From NCBI GenBank assembly GCA_963762255.1, contig CAVXKA010000001.1, positions 736,001 through 800,000 on the forward strand: a DNA stretch of 64,000 bases, in the 5' to 3' direction. A program made the position numbers and the translations under genes. The notes under the pieces are model-generated. The model was not told the origin of the DNA and ran no database searches. It saw nothing but the letters and a program-made list of their open reading frames with translations. The DNA is from Candidatus Eiseniibacteriota bacterium. Its GTDB lineage: Bacteria; Eisenbacteria; RBG-16-71-46; JABDJR01. Below, in pieces: positions 1-8,236 of this stretch. How positions within the stretch are numbered: the first letter of the stretch is position 1; each line of letters begins with the position of its first letter.

Positions 1-578
1 GCGCCGGGCCCCTGGCCCATGCCGGGTGCGCAGCTTCCCTGACCCATGCCGCGCCCCTGACCCATCCCGGCACCGCCGCGCCCTTGCATCCGCCCATGCC
101 GGGAGTGCATGCCGTTGCGCGGCGCATCGCGGCGCATCTGCTTCAACTGCTCGCGCTGCTCCGTCGTGAACACCTCGCGGGTGGAGAGCCGCGCTTCCAG
201 CCTCGCGTCGGCAGCCGCGGCCTGCAGGGCGCTCATCTCGCGATGCAGCGTGCGGATCTTGTCCTTGTCGAGGTTGTCGTTCATGAACTCGACGCGGATC
301 TGCGCTTGAAGATCCGCCATCTTGCCGTGGCGCAGGACCTGCTGGCGCTGCGTGTCCTCGCGGATCGCGGCCAGCTTCTCCTTCTGCGCATCGGAGAGGT
401 TCAGCTTTTCGGCCGCCTGCTCGCGCATCCCCATCTGGCGCATCTCCATCTTCGGCGCCGGCAACCCGTCGCGGACCCGTCCCCGCCGCGGTTGCGCATC
501 GGCGATGGAAATCGCGGCAATGCTTGCGACGATCGCCAGCGCTCCTACCGTCATCATTCTTCTAGTCGTGCGTGTCAT
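1..578 (-). CDS. Spy/CpxP-family periplasmic protein (3' end runs off window)
   Basis: Not in the ORF track because it is incomplete. ATG at 578 overlaps the upstream TGA (ATGA). Hand translation MTRTTRRMMTVGALAIVASIAAISIADAQ (signal peptide)...LNLSDAQKEKL...VFTTEQREQLKQ shows two LTxxQ-like motifs and a G/M-rich tail. Confidence 0.8.
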   Translation of the reverse strand, partial: MTRTTRRMMTVGALAIVASIAAISIADAQPRRGRVRDGLPAPKMEMRQMGMREQAAEKLNLSDAQKEKLAAIREDTQRQQVLRHGKMADLQAQIRVEFMNDNLDKDKIRTLHREMSALQAAAADARLEARLSTREVFTTEQREQLKQMRRDAPRNGMHSRHGRMQGRGGAGMGQGRGMGQGSCAPGMGQGPG

Positions 579-1105
579 GGTCTTTCGTTCCTTTCGTTCA
601 TCCGGCCCGGACTCTCGGTTTCCGGCCCCCATTCCATCTCGTGAATCTTGCGGCGCTGTTCGGGGGTGAAGATCGCGCCTTCGCGGAGCATGGCCTCCGC
701 CACCAAACTGTCGAGCTGTGCTTGCAGCATGTTCACCATCCGCGCCTGCCGGTGGACCAACTCCCGATCCTCCTCGAGAAGCGCCTTGCGCATGAGCGTC
801 CGCTCGCGCAGGAGGTCCTCGCTGCGGGCGCGTATGGCCTCGCGCAGCTCCTCCAGCGAAGCACGCAACTGTGTTTCCTGCTCCGGCGTGAGATCGAGAG
901 CCTGGCTCAGCCGATCCACCCGCCGCTGCGGCCACTGGCGCATGAGGCCCATAGGCCTCTGCCCGAACCGATGAAGAGGGCCGGGCGAGATCGCCGGCGG
1001 GGGGGGCGCCCGGTGCACATCCGACCAATGCACGATCGCGCCCGAGACGAATCCCACGTTGAGGGCAATCGATACGACAAGGAGGATCCACAGCCCGCGT
1101 CTCAT
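575..1105 (-). CDS. Periplasmic heavy-metal-sensor / Spy-CpxP-like protein
   Basis: C-terminal part of ORF 575..1684. MRRGLWILLVVSIALNVGF TM segment, then LDLTPEQ and IFTPEQRRK motifs. ATG overlaps the stop of the anti-sigma gene. Confidence 0.8.
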   Translation of the reverse strand: MRRGLWILLVVSIALNVGFVSGAIVHWSDVHRAPPPPAISPGPLHRFGQRPMGLMRQWPQRRVDRLSQALDLTPEQETQLRASLEELREAIRARSEDLLRERTLMRKALLEEDRELVHRQARMVNMLQAQLDSLVAEAMLREGAIFTPEQRRKIHEMEWGPETESPGRMNERNERP

Positions 1106-1626
1106 CGCTGCGCCTCCTCGCCCGTCGACTCGGTGTTGGCGCCGAGATCCTCGTCGAGATACGCGGCGGCGAGCGATCCCGACGGGGTGTCCAGAAGCGC
1201 GGAGAGGTCGAGCGCTTCCGCGCCGTTGCCGGTGTCGCTGACGACCGTATCCGACCCCGCTCCGAGCAGCGCGCGTCCCGCTACATGTCCACCCACCAAC
1301 GCGATCGCCATGAGACCCAATCCCGCGTAGGCCACGGGGGTGTGCAGGGCCTCGCCCATCGCGATCCGCCAGCGGGGCCGCAGCACCGGCACCGTGGTGC
1401 CGCCGCGCGGGCGGTCCAAGGCTTCCGCGACCCGCGGCCACAAGGGCGTGTCGGGTAGGGTCGAGGCCGGGTCGGTTTCCAGAACCGCCCACATGACCCG
1501 GGTCGCGGAAAGGAGATTGCGGCAGCGCGCGCATTCGGTGACGTGGTCCTCGGCTTGCCGGGCCTCCTCGGGGGAGGCCTCGCCAAGGGCCAATCGCGCT
1601 GCCTGTGTGTCGTTGAAGTGCTTCAT
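1102..1626 (-). CDS. Zinc-binding (zf-HC2) membrane anti-sigma factor
   Basis: HxxxCxxC motif (EDHVTECARC), one TM helix, directly downstream of an ECF sigma gene. Confidence 0.85.
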   Translation of the reverse strand: MKHFNDTQAARLALGEASPEEARQAEDHVTECARCRNLLSATRVMWAVLETDPASTLPDTPLWPRVAEALDRPRGGTTVPVLRPRWRIAMGEALHTPVAYAGLGLMAIALVGGHVAGRALLGAGSDTVVSDTGNGAEALDLSALLDTPSGSLAAAYLDEDLGANTESTGEEAQR

Positions 1627-1771
1627 GTTCCTTCACCCGCGCGCTCGCCCGACCGGTGGGGAGCGCTCTAGGTACACCCGGCATAACCCGCCACCGGGGA
1701 GAATCCTGCGGGGCGGGAGGATCTTTTTCGGAGAGGGCGACATCGGGCGCCGGACCCGCCGCCGCCCGGGA

Positions 1772-2347
1772 TCAGCCGGCGCCCAGTCCCTTGCGCAGCG
1801 CTGCCATGCCGCGGACCAGGAGCGACTCGACCGCCGAGACCGAGATTCCCATCGCCTCGGCGATCTCGTCCTGCGTGAACCCCTCGAATCGTTTCAACAT
1901 AACCGCCACGCGTTGTCGCTCGGGGAGCTTGAGCAGAGCGTGTCGCACCCGCTCGGCGTCGCGGGTGCGCGTCCACACGATGTCGGGGCGATCCGCGTCC
2001 GCGGCTTCCACGCTCAGGACCGCGTCCTCGTCGCCCTCCACACCCGATTCGCCCCAAGTCAGGAGCCTACGCACGCTACGGCGTCGAATCTCGTTGCGGG
2101 CCAGGTTTCCGGCGATCCGAAAGAGAAACGGGGCGAACCGACCTCGGGAAACGTAGGTGGGCGCGGCGCGATGGAGCCGGATGAACGTCTCTTGCGCCAG
2201 GTCGGCCGCGTCATCCGCGGAGCCCAGGCTCCGGAAGAAGAACGCGAGCACGCGACGCTCCCAGCGCTCGACCAACACCCGAAACGCCGCTTCGTCTCCG
2301 GTGGCGGAGGCGCTCATCAGGGCATCGTCGTCGCGCAGATCGGTCAT
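1772..2347 (-). CDS. ECF RNA polymerase sigma factor (sigma70 group 4)
   Basis: Region 2 (DAADLAQETFIRL, FLFRIAGN) and region 4 (LPERQRVAVML, EIAEAMGIS..AVESLLVRG). Confidence 0.93.
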   Translation of the reverse strand: MTDLRDDDALMSASATGDEAAFRVLVERWERRVLAFFFRSLGSADDAADLAQETFIRLHRAAPTYVSRGRFAPFLFRIAGNLARNEIRRRSVRRLLTWGESGVEGDEDAVLSVEAADADRPDIVWTRTRDAERVRHALLKLPERQRVAVMLKRFEGFTQDEIAEAMGISVSAVESLLVRGMAALRKGLGAG

Positions 2348-2441
2348 GATCGAGCGAGCATACTATCTGCACACCGCCCCCTGACAAGGACGTCGCCAAG
2401 CCGGTGACAGCGTGCGATGGCCTGGGCTATGCTCCGCAGCC

Positions 2442-3446
2442 ATGAAACGCACCGGATACCTCATCGCGCTCCTGGTCGTGCTCGTCGTGGTCGTCCTGGC
2501 CGTTCTCGTCGCGCGCAAACCCCGCACGGGGGCGCCGTCGCAAGCGGCCATGCAATCGACCGCCCTCTATCGCGAGGCGGCCGGCTTCGTGTCTCCGGAC
2601 AGCCTCGGTCCCGCCTGGCCCGGCGAGGATGTCCTGCGCGCGGTGCGCGGCGAATGGCGCGCGCTCGGCTTCCGCGACTCGATGATCTGCGAAGAGCTGA
2701 CGCGAGCGGCGATGTATCCGGACGACGGGGAGCCCCTCATCGTGCCCAACGTGTCTCAAACCCCCACCGGATCGAGCGTGGAACTCACCGAGCGGCTCCG
2801 CTTCGGGGAACGCCTGCTCGCCCACCCGCGCTGGCGCATGGGATCGCTGCGCCACTTCCCGGTATTGGCAGCCACGCTTTCCTCGACCGAGAAGAGCGTG
2901 CTCGCCTATCTCTCGGGGCCCGGCCGCAAGCCGACGAAGCTCGACTCTCTGGCGATGGCCCTCGACCTTCCGCGAGAAGAGGTCGCGCCCGTGTTGACGA
3001 CCCTCCAGTCGGTCGGTTGGGTGCGCGCCGACGTCGCCGCGGATTCGACGCTCTACACGATCGCCGATCCTTCGATCGCGAAGGGGGGCGCGTTACAGTT
3101 TGTGGAGATCGCAGCGGGCGCGGGGAGGCCGATGGACATGGTGTCGATCGCGGCCGTGTTCGCCCGCACCTCGCCGACGCTCTTCGCGAGCCGGGTCGTG
3201 CTGCGCGGACCCTGCGCCGCCACCGGACGAACCGTCGTCATCGAAGTGGGCGCGGGCAAGCTCTTCCGAGGCCGCCCCGGCAGCGCGTGGGCCGCGGAGA
3301 TCCGGCCTCCCGGTCGCAGCTCCGGACTCTTCGTGTCCCAGCGAGCCTTCGAGCGGTGGCGGGCCGAACATCCCGACGTGCAGGTGGGCGCGCAGAGCAC
3401 CGTGCTCGATCTGTATCGAATCGAGCGAAGCGGCGTGAGCGAATAG
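2442..3446 (+). CDS. Membrane-anchored protein with wHTH and degenerate MerB (alkylmercury lyase)-like domain
   Basis: N-terminal TM (YLIALLVVLVVVVLAVLV), wHTH-like LAMALDLPREEVAPVLTTL, then GPCAATGRTVVIEV and LFVSQRAFERWRAEHP resembling MerB SHCAATGAPVSLTV and FFASVPTAEDWASKH. Confidence 0.6.
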   Translation: MKRTGYLIALLVVLVVVVLAVLVARKPRTGAPSQAAMQSTALYREAAGFVSPDSLGPAWPGEDVLRAVRGEWRALGFRDSMICEELTRAAMYPDDGEPLIVPNVSQTPTGSSVELTERLRFGERLLAHPRWRMGSLRHFPVLAATLSSTEKSVLAYLSGPGRKPTKLDSLAMALDLPREEVAPVLTTLQSVGWVRADVAADSTLYTIADPSIAKGGALQFVEIAAGAGRPMDMVSIAAVFARTSPTLFASRVVLRGPCAATGRTVVIEVGAGKLFRGRPGSAWAAEIRPPGRSSGLFVSQRAFERWRAEHPDVQVGAQSTVLDLYRIERSGVSE

Positions 3447-3507
3447 ACGGTTCCTCGGCGCTGCTGGGTCAGACCGCGTTTCCCTCGGCCGAAACCAGCC
3501 ATGGAAT

Positions 3508-3532
3508 TAACTCATTTATTTTGAATGAGTTA
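3508..3532. promoter_or_regulatory. AT-rich inverted repeat TAACTCATT-N7-AATGAGTTA (IHF-like sites or enhancer UAS)
   Basis: Perfect 9-bp arms about 160 bp upstream of a sigma54 promoter. The left arm extends to TAACTCATTTATT, one mismatch from IHF YAANNNNTTGATW. Confidence 0.5.
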
Positions 3533-3691
3533 GGGCCCTAAACACCCCCGCTTGCGGCCACCGGGGACGCCGGCACTCGTCGATTTCCCCAGGGCGGCGC
3601 CCGGGCGCCGCTGACGTATCCCGGGCCAGCCAGACATTTAACGTGTTACCGCACAATGGGTTGCAACTGGATCCGCTGCGCCGGAAACGCT

Positions 3692-3707
3692 TGGCACGAC
3701 CCCTGCT
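3692..3707 (+). promoter_or_regulatory. sigma54 (-24/-12) promoter
   Basis: TGGCACGACCCCTGCT is intergenic and has exact GG-N10-GC spacing. Predicted +1 is about 3716-3718. Confidence 0.75.
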
Positions 3708-3715
3708 CTTTACCC

Positions 3716-4018
3716 GGGCGAACGCCCTCGCAAGGGGATCACCGAAAGGTGAAGCGGTTCGCCCGTCGGAGCGGGGCTAGGAGCCAACCCTCTCCAGTCC
3801 AACTCCCCTCCTCGCCGGCTTTGACTTCGCACCGGCGGGCGGCCGATCCCCTGGAAGGCGCCAGACTTGGTGGCCGGTTGCAGTGACACTGTGTTCCCGG
3901 AAAGCGCCCCTGAGGTCTATGGGCCGGCCACCAGATCTTCGAAGCGCACGAGCGTTGCTGAGCGGGGCCCGGCAAGGGACCTGGGTGATTCCTCCTCCTC
4001 ACCCGGGTCCCTCTTTTT
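3716..4018 (+). ncRNA. Candidate ~300-nt structured sigma54-dependent ncRNA of unknown family
   Basis: Begins at the predicted +1 with stem GGGCGAAC/GTTCGCCC enclosing two GNRA-capped hairpins (GCAA, GAAA). Further stems CGCCGG/CCGGCG and TGGTGGCCGG/CCGGCCACCA. Ends at an intrinsic terminator. No credible ORF. Confidence 0.6.
3975..4018 (+). terminator. Intrinsic terminator with C-rich (anti-SD-like) loop
   Basis: 14-bp stem AGGGACCTGGGTGA/TCACCCGGGTCCCT (one G-U), loop TTCCTCCTCC, followed by CTTTTT. Confidence 0.8.
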
Positions 4019-4045
4019 GTGGGGCGGGAGGGGAGAGACCGCCGG

Positions 4046-4903
4046 CTAGACCTTCGGCTTCGCCGCCACTTCGTCGACCTCGATGATGCGGTCGAGGCGG
4101 AAGTCCCGATCCTCTTTGCGCAGGTGGCAGTACGCCCGCATGTTCATCCCCTTGATGTTCTTGGGGGTCACGCGCCGATACGTCTGGCCGCCGCTCCCGC
4201 GGTAGGTGATCTCGAGATCCATGTGCGTCTCGATCGCTCGCCGGATGCTCTCCACCACCAACTGAAAGCTGTTCTCCTCGCGCCCGTGCCCCCCGATCGA
4301 GAACTGGTACGAAGTGCGGTAGCCGGGAACGCGCGTAATGTCGTCCTGGCCGCGCTGGTGGTACTCGGCCAGGTAATGGAGCAGCACGCGTCCGGCCATG
4401 CGCGCATCGTCGAGCGCGCGGTGGGCGTGCGGACCTTCGATGCCCAGCCGGTTGGCAAGAACTCCGAGCGTGAACGGACCGGTGTCGTCCTGCGCCCGCG
4501 CCAACTCCAGGGTATCGAGCACGGGGTTCCCCACCTGATTGCGGCCCATCTTCTCGAGCTTGTACTGGAGGAACCCCATGTCGAACTCGGCGTTGTGGGC
4601 CACGATGATGGCATCGGAAAGGAGCGGCAGGAACTGATCCGCCAGATCCTCGAAGCGCGGCTGCCCCGCGAGCATCTCGGGTGTGATGCCGCTCACTTGC
4701 GCGGCGGCCGGATCGAGCGGCCGGCCCGGATCGACCAGCGCGCTGTACTCCTTGACGATCTCTCCGTCTTCGAACCGCGCCAACCCGATCTCGCAGATCT
4801 CGTCGCCGACAGCGGGATAGAGCCCCGTGGTCTCGAAATCGATGACCGCGAACGCGCGCGCCAGAAGAGGATTGGGCAACTCGCTGAACAGATCGAAGGA
4901 CAT
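4046..4903 (-). CDS. DEDDh 3'-5' exonuclease (DnaQ/epsilon-like) fused to C-terminal WYL domain
   Basis: ExoI IDFETTG, ExoII HNAEFD, ExoIII HRALDDA. WYL motif ITY..RRVTP..MRAYCHLRKEDRDFRLDRI. Start MSFDLF at 4903 follows an AAGGA SD. Confidence 0.88.
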   Translation of the reverse strand: MSFDLFSELPNPLLARAFAVIDFETTGLYPAVGDEICEIGLARFEDGEIVKEYSALVDPGRPLDPAAAQVSGITPEMLAGQPRFEDLADQFLPLLSDAIIVAHNAEFDMGFLQYKLEKMGRNQVGNPVLDTLELARAQDDTGPFTLGVLANRLGIEGPHAHRALDDARMAGRVLLHYLAEYHQRGQDDITRVPGYRTSYQFSIGGHGREENSFQLVVESIRRAIETHMDLEITYRGSGGQTYRRVTPKNIKGMNMRAYCHLRKEDRDFRLDRIIEVDEVAAKPKV

Positions 4904-5061
4904 CCGGAATCCTTTGCGGAGGGGTGTGACTCGATACGATGTCGCTATCTTAGCGGCTCGGAGGGCGTTGCGAAACCCACGCGCGGCTCGCCGCCACCGG
5001 ATGCGCGCGCGGCCCGTGGTACACTCCTCGCCGCCGCAAGACATGGGAAAGGACCCCAAAC

Positions 5062-5445
5062 GTGTTCGAAATCGTCAAGAGTGCGGAGTTCGCCGCGGCG
5101 CACGCGCTACGGGATTACGACGGCCCCTGCGCCCGCAACCACGGCCACAACTACAAGATCGAGATCGTGATTCGGGGGGAGCGGCTCGACAAGCAAGAGA
5201 TGCTCATCGACTTCGCTCACCTGGACCGCGTTTTCGCCCCGCTGATCGAGCGGGTGGACCACCGAAACCTCAACGACATGCCTCCCTTCGATCGCGTGAA
5301 CCCCACGGCGGAGGCGGTGGCGGCGTGGTTCTACCGCGAGATGCGGCCCCGGATCGCGGAGGTGAGCGGCGGGCGCGCCGCCCTGAACGCGGTGCGCCTG
5401 TGGGAGACGCCCGATTCCTGCGTGACCTACACCGAGGAGTCGTGA
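5062..5445 (+). CDS. queD: 6-carboxytetrahydropterin synthase
   Basis: FAAAH..CARNHGHNY, DHRNLND, PTAE and WETP motifs. Confidence 0.9.
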   Translation: MFEIVKSAEFAAAHALRDYDGPCARNHGHNYKIEIVIRGERLDKQEMLIDFAHLDRVFAPLIERVDHRNLNDMPPFDRVNPTAEAVAAWFYREMRPRIAEVSGGRAALNAVRLWETPDSCVTYTEES

Positions 5446-6086
5446 ACCGGTTGAAGGTCACCGAGATCTTCCTCTCCATCCAGGGCGAGTCGTCACAGGC
5501 CGGGCGGCCGTGCGTGTTCGTGCGGCTCACCGCCTGCGATCTGCGCTGCCGCTGGTGCGATACCACCTACGCCTTCACCGAGGGGCACCCGATGACGACG
5601 GGGGCCGTCCTCGACGCGGTCCTCGCCCACGATTGCCGGCTGGTCGAGATCACGGGAGGCGAGCCGCTCTTGCAGGAGGAGACGCCCGATCTGTGCCGGC
5701 GTCTGCTCGCCGCGGGCCGCGAGGTGATGATCGAGACCGGCGGTCATCGCGACATCTCCCTGTTGCCCGATGGAGTGAAGGTGATCCTCGACGTGAAGTG
5801 CCCAGGGAGCGGGGAGTCGGAGCGGGTGCGTTGGGAGAACCTCGATCGTCTCGGATCGGACGGCGAGGTGAAGTTCGTCATCGCCGACCGGCGGGACTAC
5901 GACTGGGCGCGAGAGGTCGTGCGAGCCCGCGGGCTGGCGGAGCGCTTCGCGGTGCTCTTCGCCCCCGTCTTCGGCGAACTCGATTACGCGGATCTCGCGG
6001 CGTGGATCCTCGAGGATCGCCTCGATGTCCGCCTCCAACTGCAGATCCACAAACACATCTGGGAGCCTTCCCGTCGTGGCGTCTGA
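5442..6086 (+). CDS. queE: 7-carboxy-7-deazaguanine synthase (radical SAM)
   Basis: EIFLSIQGE, CDLRCRWCDT, ITGGEPLLQ, LQIHK. GTG start overlaps the queD stop. Confidence 0.9.
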   Translation: MNRLKVTEIFLSIQGESSQAGRPCVFVRLTACDLRCRWCDTTYAFTEGHPMTTGAVLDAVLAHDCRLVEITGGEPLLQEETPDLCRRLLAAGREVMIETGGHRDISLLPDGVKVILDVKCPGSGESERVRWENLDRLGSDGEVKFVIADRRDYDWAREVVRARGLAERFAVLFAPVFGELDYADLAAWILEDRLDVRLQLQIHKHIWEPSRRGV

Positions 6087-7020
6087 ATCGGATCACGCGC
6101 CTCGCGCCGGCGTCGATTCCTCGCCGGGCGCGGCCACCCAGGCCGTCGTGTTCGGCATCCTCACCCTCATCTGGGGCACGACGTGGCTCGGCATCAAGAT
6201 CGGCCTCGAGTCGTTCCCCCCGTTCTTCTCGCTGGCATTGCGGTTCGGACTGTCGGGGCCGATCTTTCTGCTCATCATGAAGCTGCGCGGCGTGAAGATC
6301 CCCTGGGAGCCGCGCTACCAGCCGTTCTTCCTGACCATCGGGTTTCTCTCGTTCGTCGTCTCCTACGGGGTCGTCTACTGGAGCGAGCAGTACATCACGA
6401 GCGGCCTCGCCGCCGTGCTGTTCGCGCTGCTGCCACTCCTCACCGCCGTGTTCGCGCACTTCATGCTGCACGAGGAGAAGCTGGGGACGTGGAAGGTGGC
6501 GGGACTGGGGCTGAGCCTGGCGGGGATTGCGATCATCTATTCGGAGGACCTCCGCCAGATCCATCCGCTCGCCCCCGTGGCCGCGCTGGTCATGTTGATC
6601 TCACCGGCGGTCACGGCGCTTTCCGGAGTTCTCAGCAAGCGGCGAAGCCGCGAGATCTCGCCGCTGGCCATGGCCGGCATCCCCATGACCTACGGCGCCA
6701 TCGCGCACACGATCCTCTGGTTGCTACTGGAGCGCGGTGAGCCCATTGCCTGGACCTGGCCCGGGGTGATGTCCGTGCTCTACCTCACCCTCTTCGGGTC
6801 GGTCATCGCATTCGGCGGCTATTACTGGCTCCTGCAGCACATGCCGGTCGGCCGACTCGCGCTCATGGCGTATCTCACGCCGATCGTCGCGCTTCTCCTC
6901 GGCATCTTCGGCGCCCACGAGCACATGACCGCGCGCATCATGATCGGAGCGACGCTGGTTCTGGCGGGGGTGGCGGGGGCGGAGCTGATGCGGGGGCGCA
7001 GGCCGCAGGCGGCGCCATGA
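6076..7020 (+). CDS. EamA/DMT family transporter
   Basis: About 10 TM segments; IWGTTW, EQYITSGLAAV, PIVALLLG motifs. Start codon uncertain. Confidence 0.85.
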   Translation: MASESDHAPRAGVDSSPGAATQAVVFGILTLIWGTTWLGIKIGLESFPPFFSLALRFGLSGPIFLLIMKLRGVKIPWEPRYQPFFLTIGFLSFVVSYGVVYWSEQYITSGLAAVLFALLPLLTAVFAHFMLHEEKLGTWKVAGLGLSLAGIAIIYSEDLRQIHPLAPVAALVMLISPAVTALSGVLSKRRSREISPLAMAGIPMTYGAIAHTILWLLLERGEPIAWTWPGVMSVLYLTLFGSVIAFGGYYWLLQHMPVGRLALMAYLTPIVALLLGIFGAHEHMTARIMIGATLVLAGVAGAELMRGRRPQAAP

Positions 7021-7599
7021 TCAAAGCCGGCGCATCGCCCGAGCAAGTCGGTGCATCGATTCCGGGCTCATCTCCGCGGTGCGGTTGAGGCCCAATGCCG
7101 CAAGCGCCGCACCCAACGTGAAGACCGAGAGCAGGGTTTCCCCGGCGCCGCCCGGCAGGAAGAACCACAGGATGGCGCCATAGGTCAGCCCAGCGCCCAG
7201 CACGAAGAGCCGCACGCCAAGCAACGCGCGCGCCGCCTTCTCCGCGCCGACCCGCCCCATCATGTCCAGCGCGAACCTCAACGAGGCCGCGGCCAAGCCC
7301 ACCGCCAGCACGACGAACGCGAGCAGGATCTCGGCGCCAACCAGGATGCCCCAGTGGAGGCGCGCCCACGCGGTCACCCCCCACGCAATCACGGCCGGAA
7401 CCTGGAGCGCCAACCCGACCTGGGCGGCTCTTCCCAGCGCGGCAAGCAGGTGATCGCGCACGTTTCTCGAATCGCGCAGCTCGTCGTGGGCGCCTCGGCG
7501 GGCCAGCTCCTGAAATGCCACCCACTGCATGGCGGGGAGCATCAGGAGAAAGAGGACAACGGCGAGGCGAAGGAGGTCTCGAAAAATGTCGGCCGGCAT
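7021..7599 (-). CDS. Hypothetical integral membrane protein
   Basis: About 5 hydrophobic segments; starts 7 bp after the rex stop. Confidence 0.6.
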   Translation of the reverse strand: MPADIFRDLLRLAVVLFLLMLPAMQWVAFQELARRGAHDELRDSRNVRDHLLAALGRAAQVGLALQVPAVIAWGVTAWARLHWGILVGAEILLAFVVLAVGLAAASLRFALDMMGRVGAEKAARALLGVRLFVLGAGLTYGAILWFFLPGGAGETLLSVFTLGAALAALGLNRTAEMSPESMHRLARAMRRL

Positions 7600-7606
7600 C
7601 GCCGTC

Positions 7607-8236
7607 TCACTTCAGCGCGTAGGAAAGACTCTCCAGCTCGATGGCCAGGTTCACGTTGCGCAGGTTCACGTGATCGGGCAAGAACAGCTTCTTTGGCGCG
7701 AAGTTGAGGATCCCGCGCACGCCCGCCCGGACGAGACGGTCGGCCACATCCGCCGCCGCGGCCGCGGGGGTGGTGATGATGCCTATCTCGATGCGCTCCT
7801 TGTCGACGGCATCCGAGAGCTCGTCGATCGACCGCACCAGCATCCCATTCCAATCCTGGCCGATCTTGTCGGGATCGTTGTCGAAGACGGCCATGATCTC
7901 GAATCCCTCGCGCGCGAATTCCCGGTACGCCACCAGCGCGTGGGCGAGGTTTCCGGCGCCGACCAACCCCACGCGCCAGCTTCGGTTGAGACCGAGGATC
8001 GTGCGGATCTCGATTTCGAGCTGGGACACCGAATACCCGGTGCCGCGCTTGCCGAAGTGCCCGAAGAGCGAGAGGTCCTTGCGCACCTGCGCCGGGGTGG
8101 CGCCGGCGCGGCGCGCGAGTCCGTACGAGGACACGGTCTCTTCGCCCGCGGCGCGCAGGTCACCGAGGATGCGGTAGTACCCCGAGAGCCGGCGCACGGT
8201 GGGATCCGAAATGCGGAGCTCCTCCGCTGCGTTCAC
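7607..8236 (-). CDS. rex: Redox-sensing transcriptional repressor Rex
   Basis: [40 protein letters not shown]. Confidence 0.95.
   Translation of the reverse strand: MNAAEELRISDPTVRRLSGYYRILGDLRAAGEETVSSYGLARRAGATPAQVRKDLSLFGHFGKRGTGYSVSQLEIEIRTILGLNRSWRVGLVGAGNLAHALVAYREFAREGFEIMAVFDNDPDKIGQDWNGMLVRSIDELSDAVDKERIEIGIITTPAAAAADVADRLVRAGVRGILNFAPKKLFLPDHVNLRNVNLAIELESLSYALK

Noticed and set aside
3716-3765. c-di-GMP-I or other known riboswitch
   Set aside because: It has GNRA loops but lacks the conserved aptamer sequence, and no downstream gene lies on the same strand.
5062-6086. 7-deazaguanine DNA-modification (dpd) defence island
   Set aside because: Only queD/queE are present, with no dpdA/tgt-like or dpdB-K genes; ordinary queuosine synthesis is more parsimonious.
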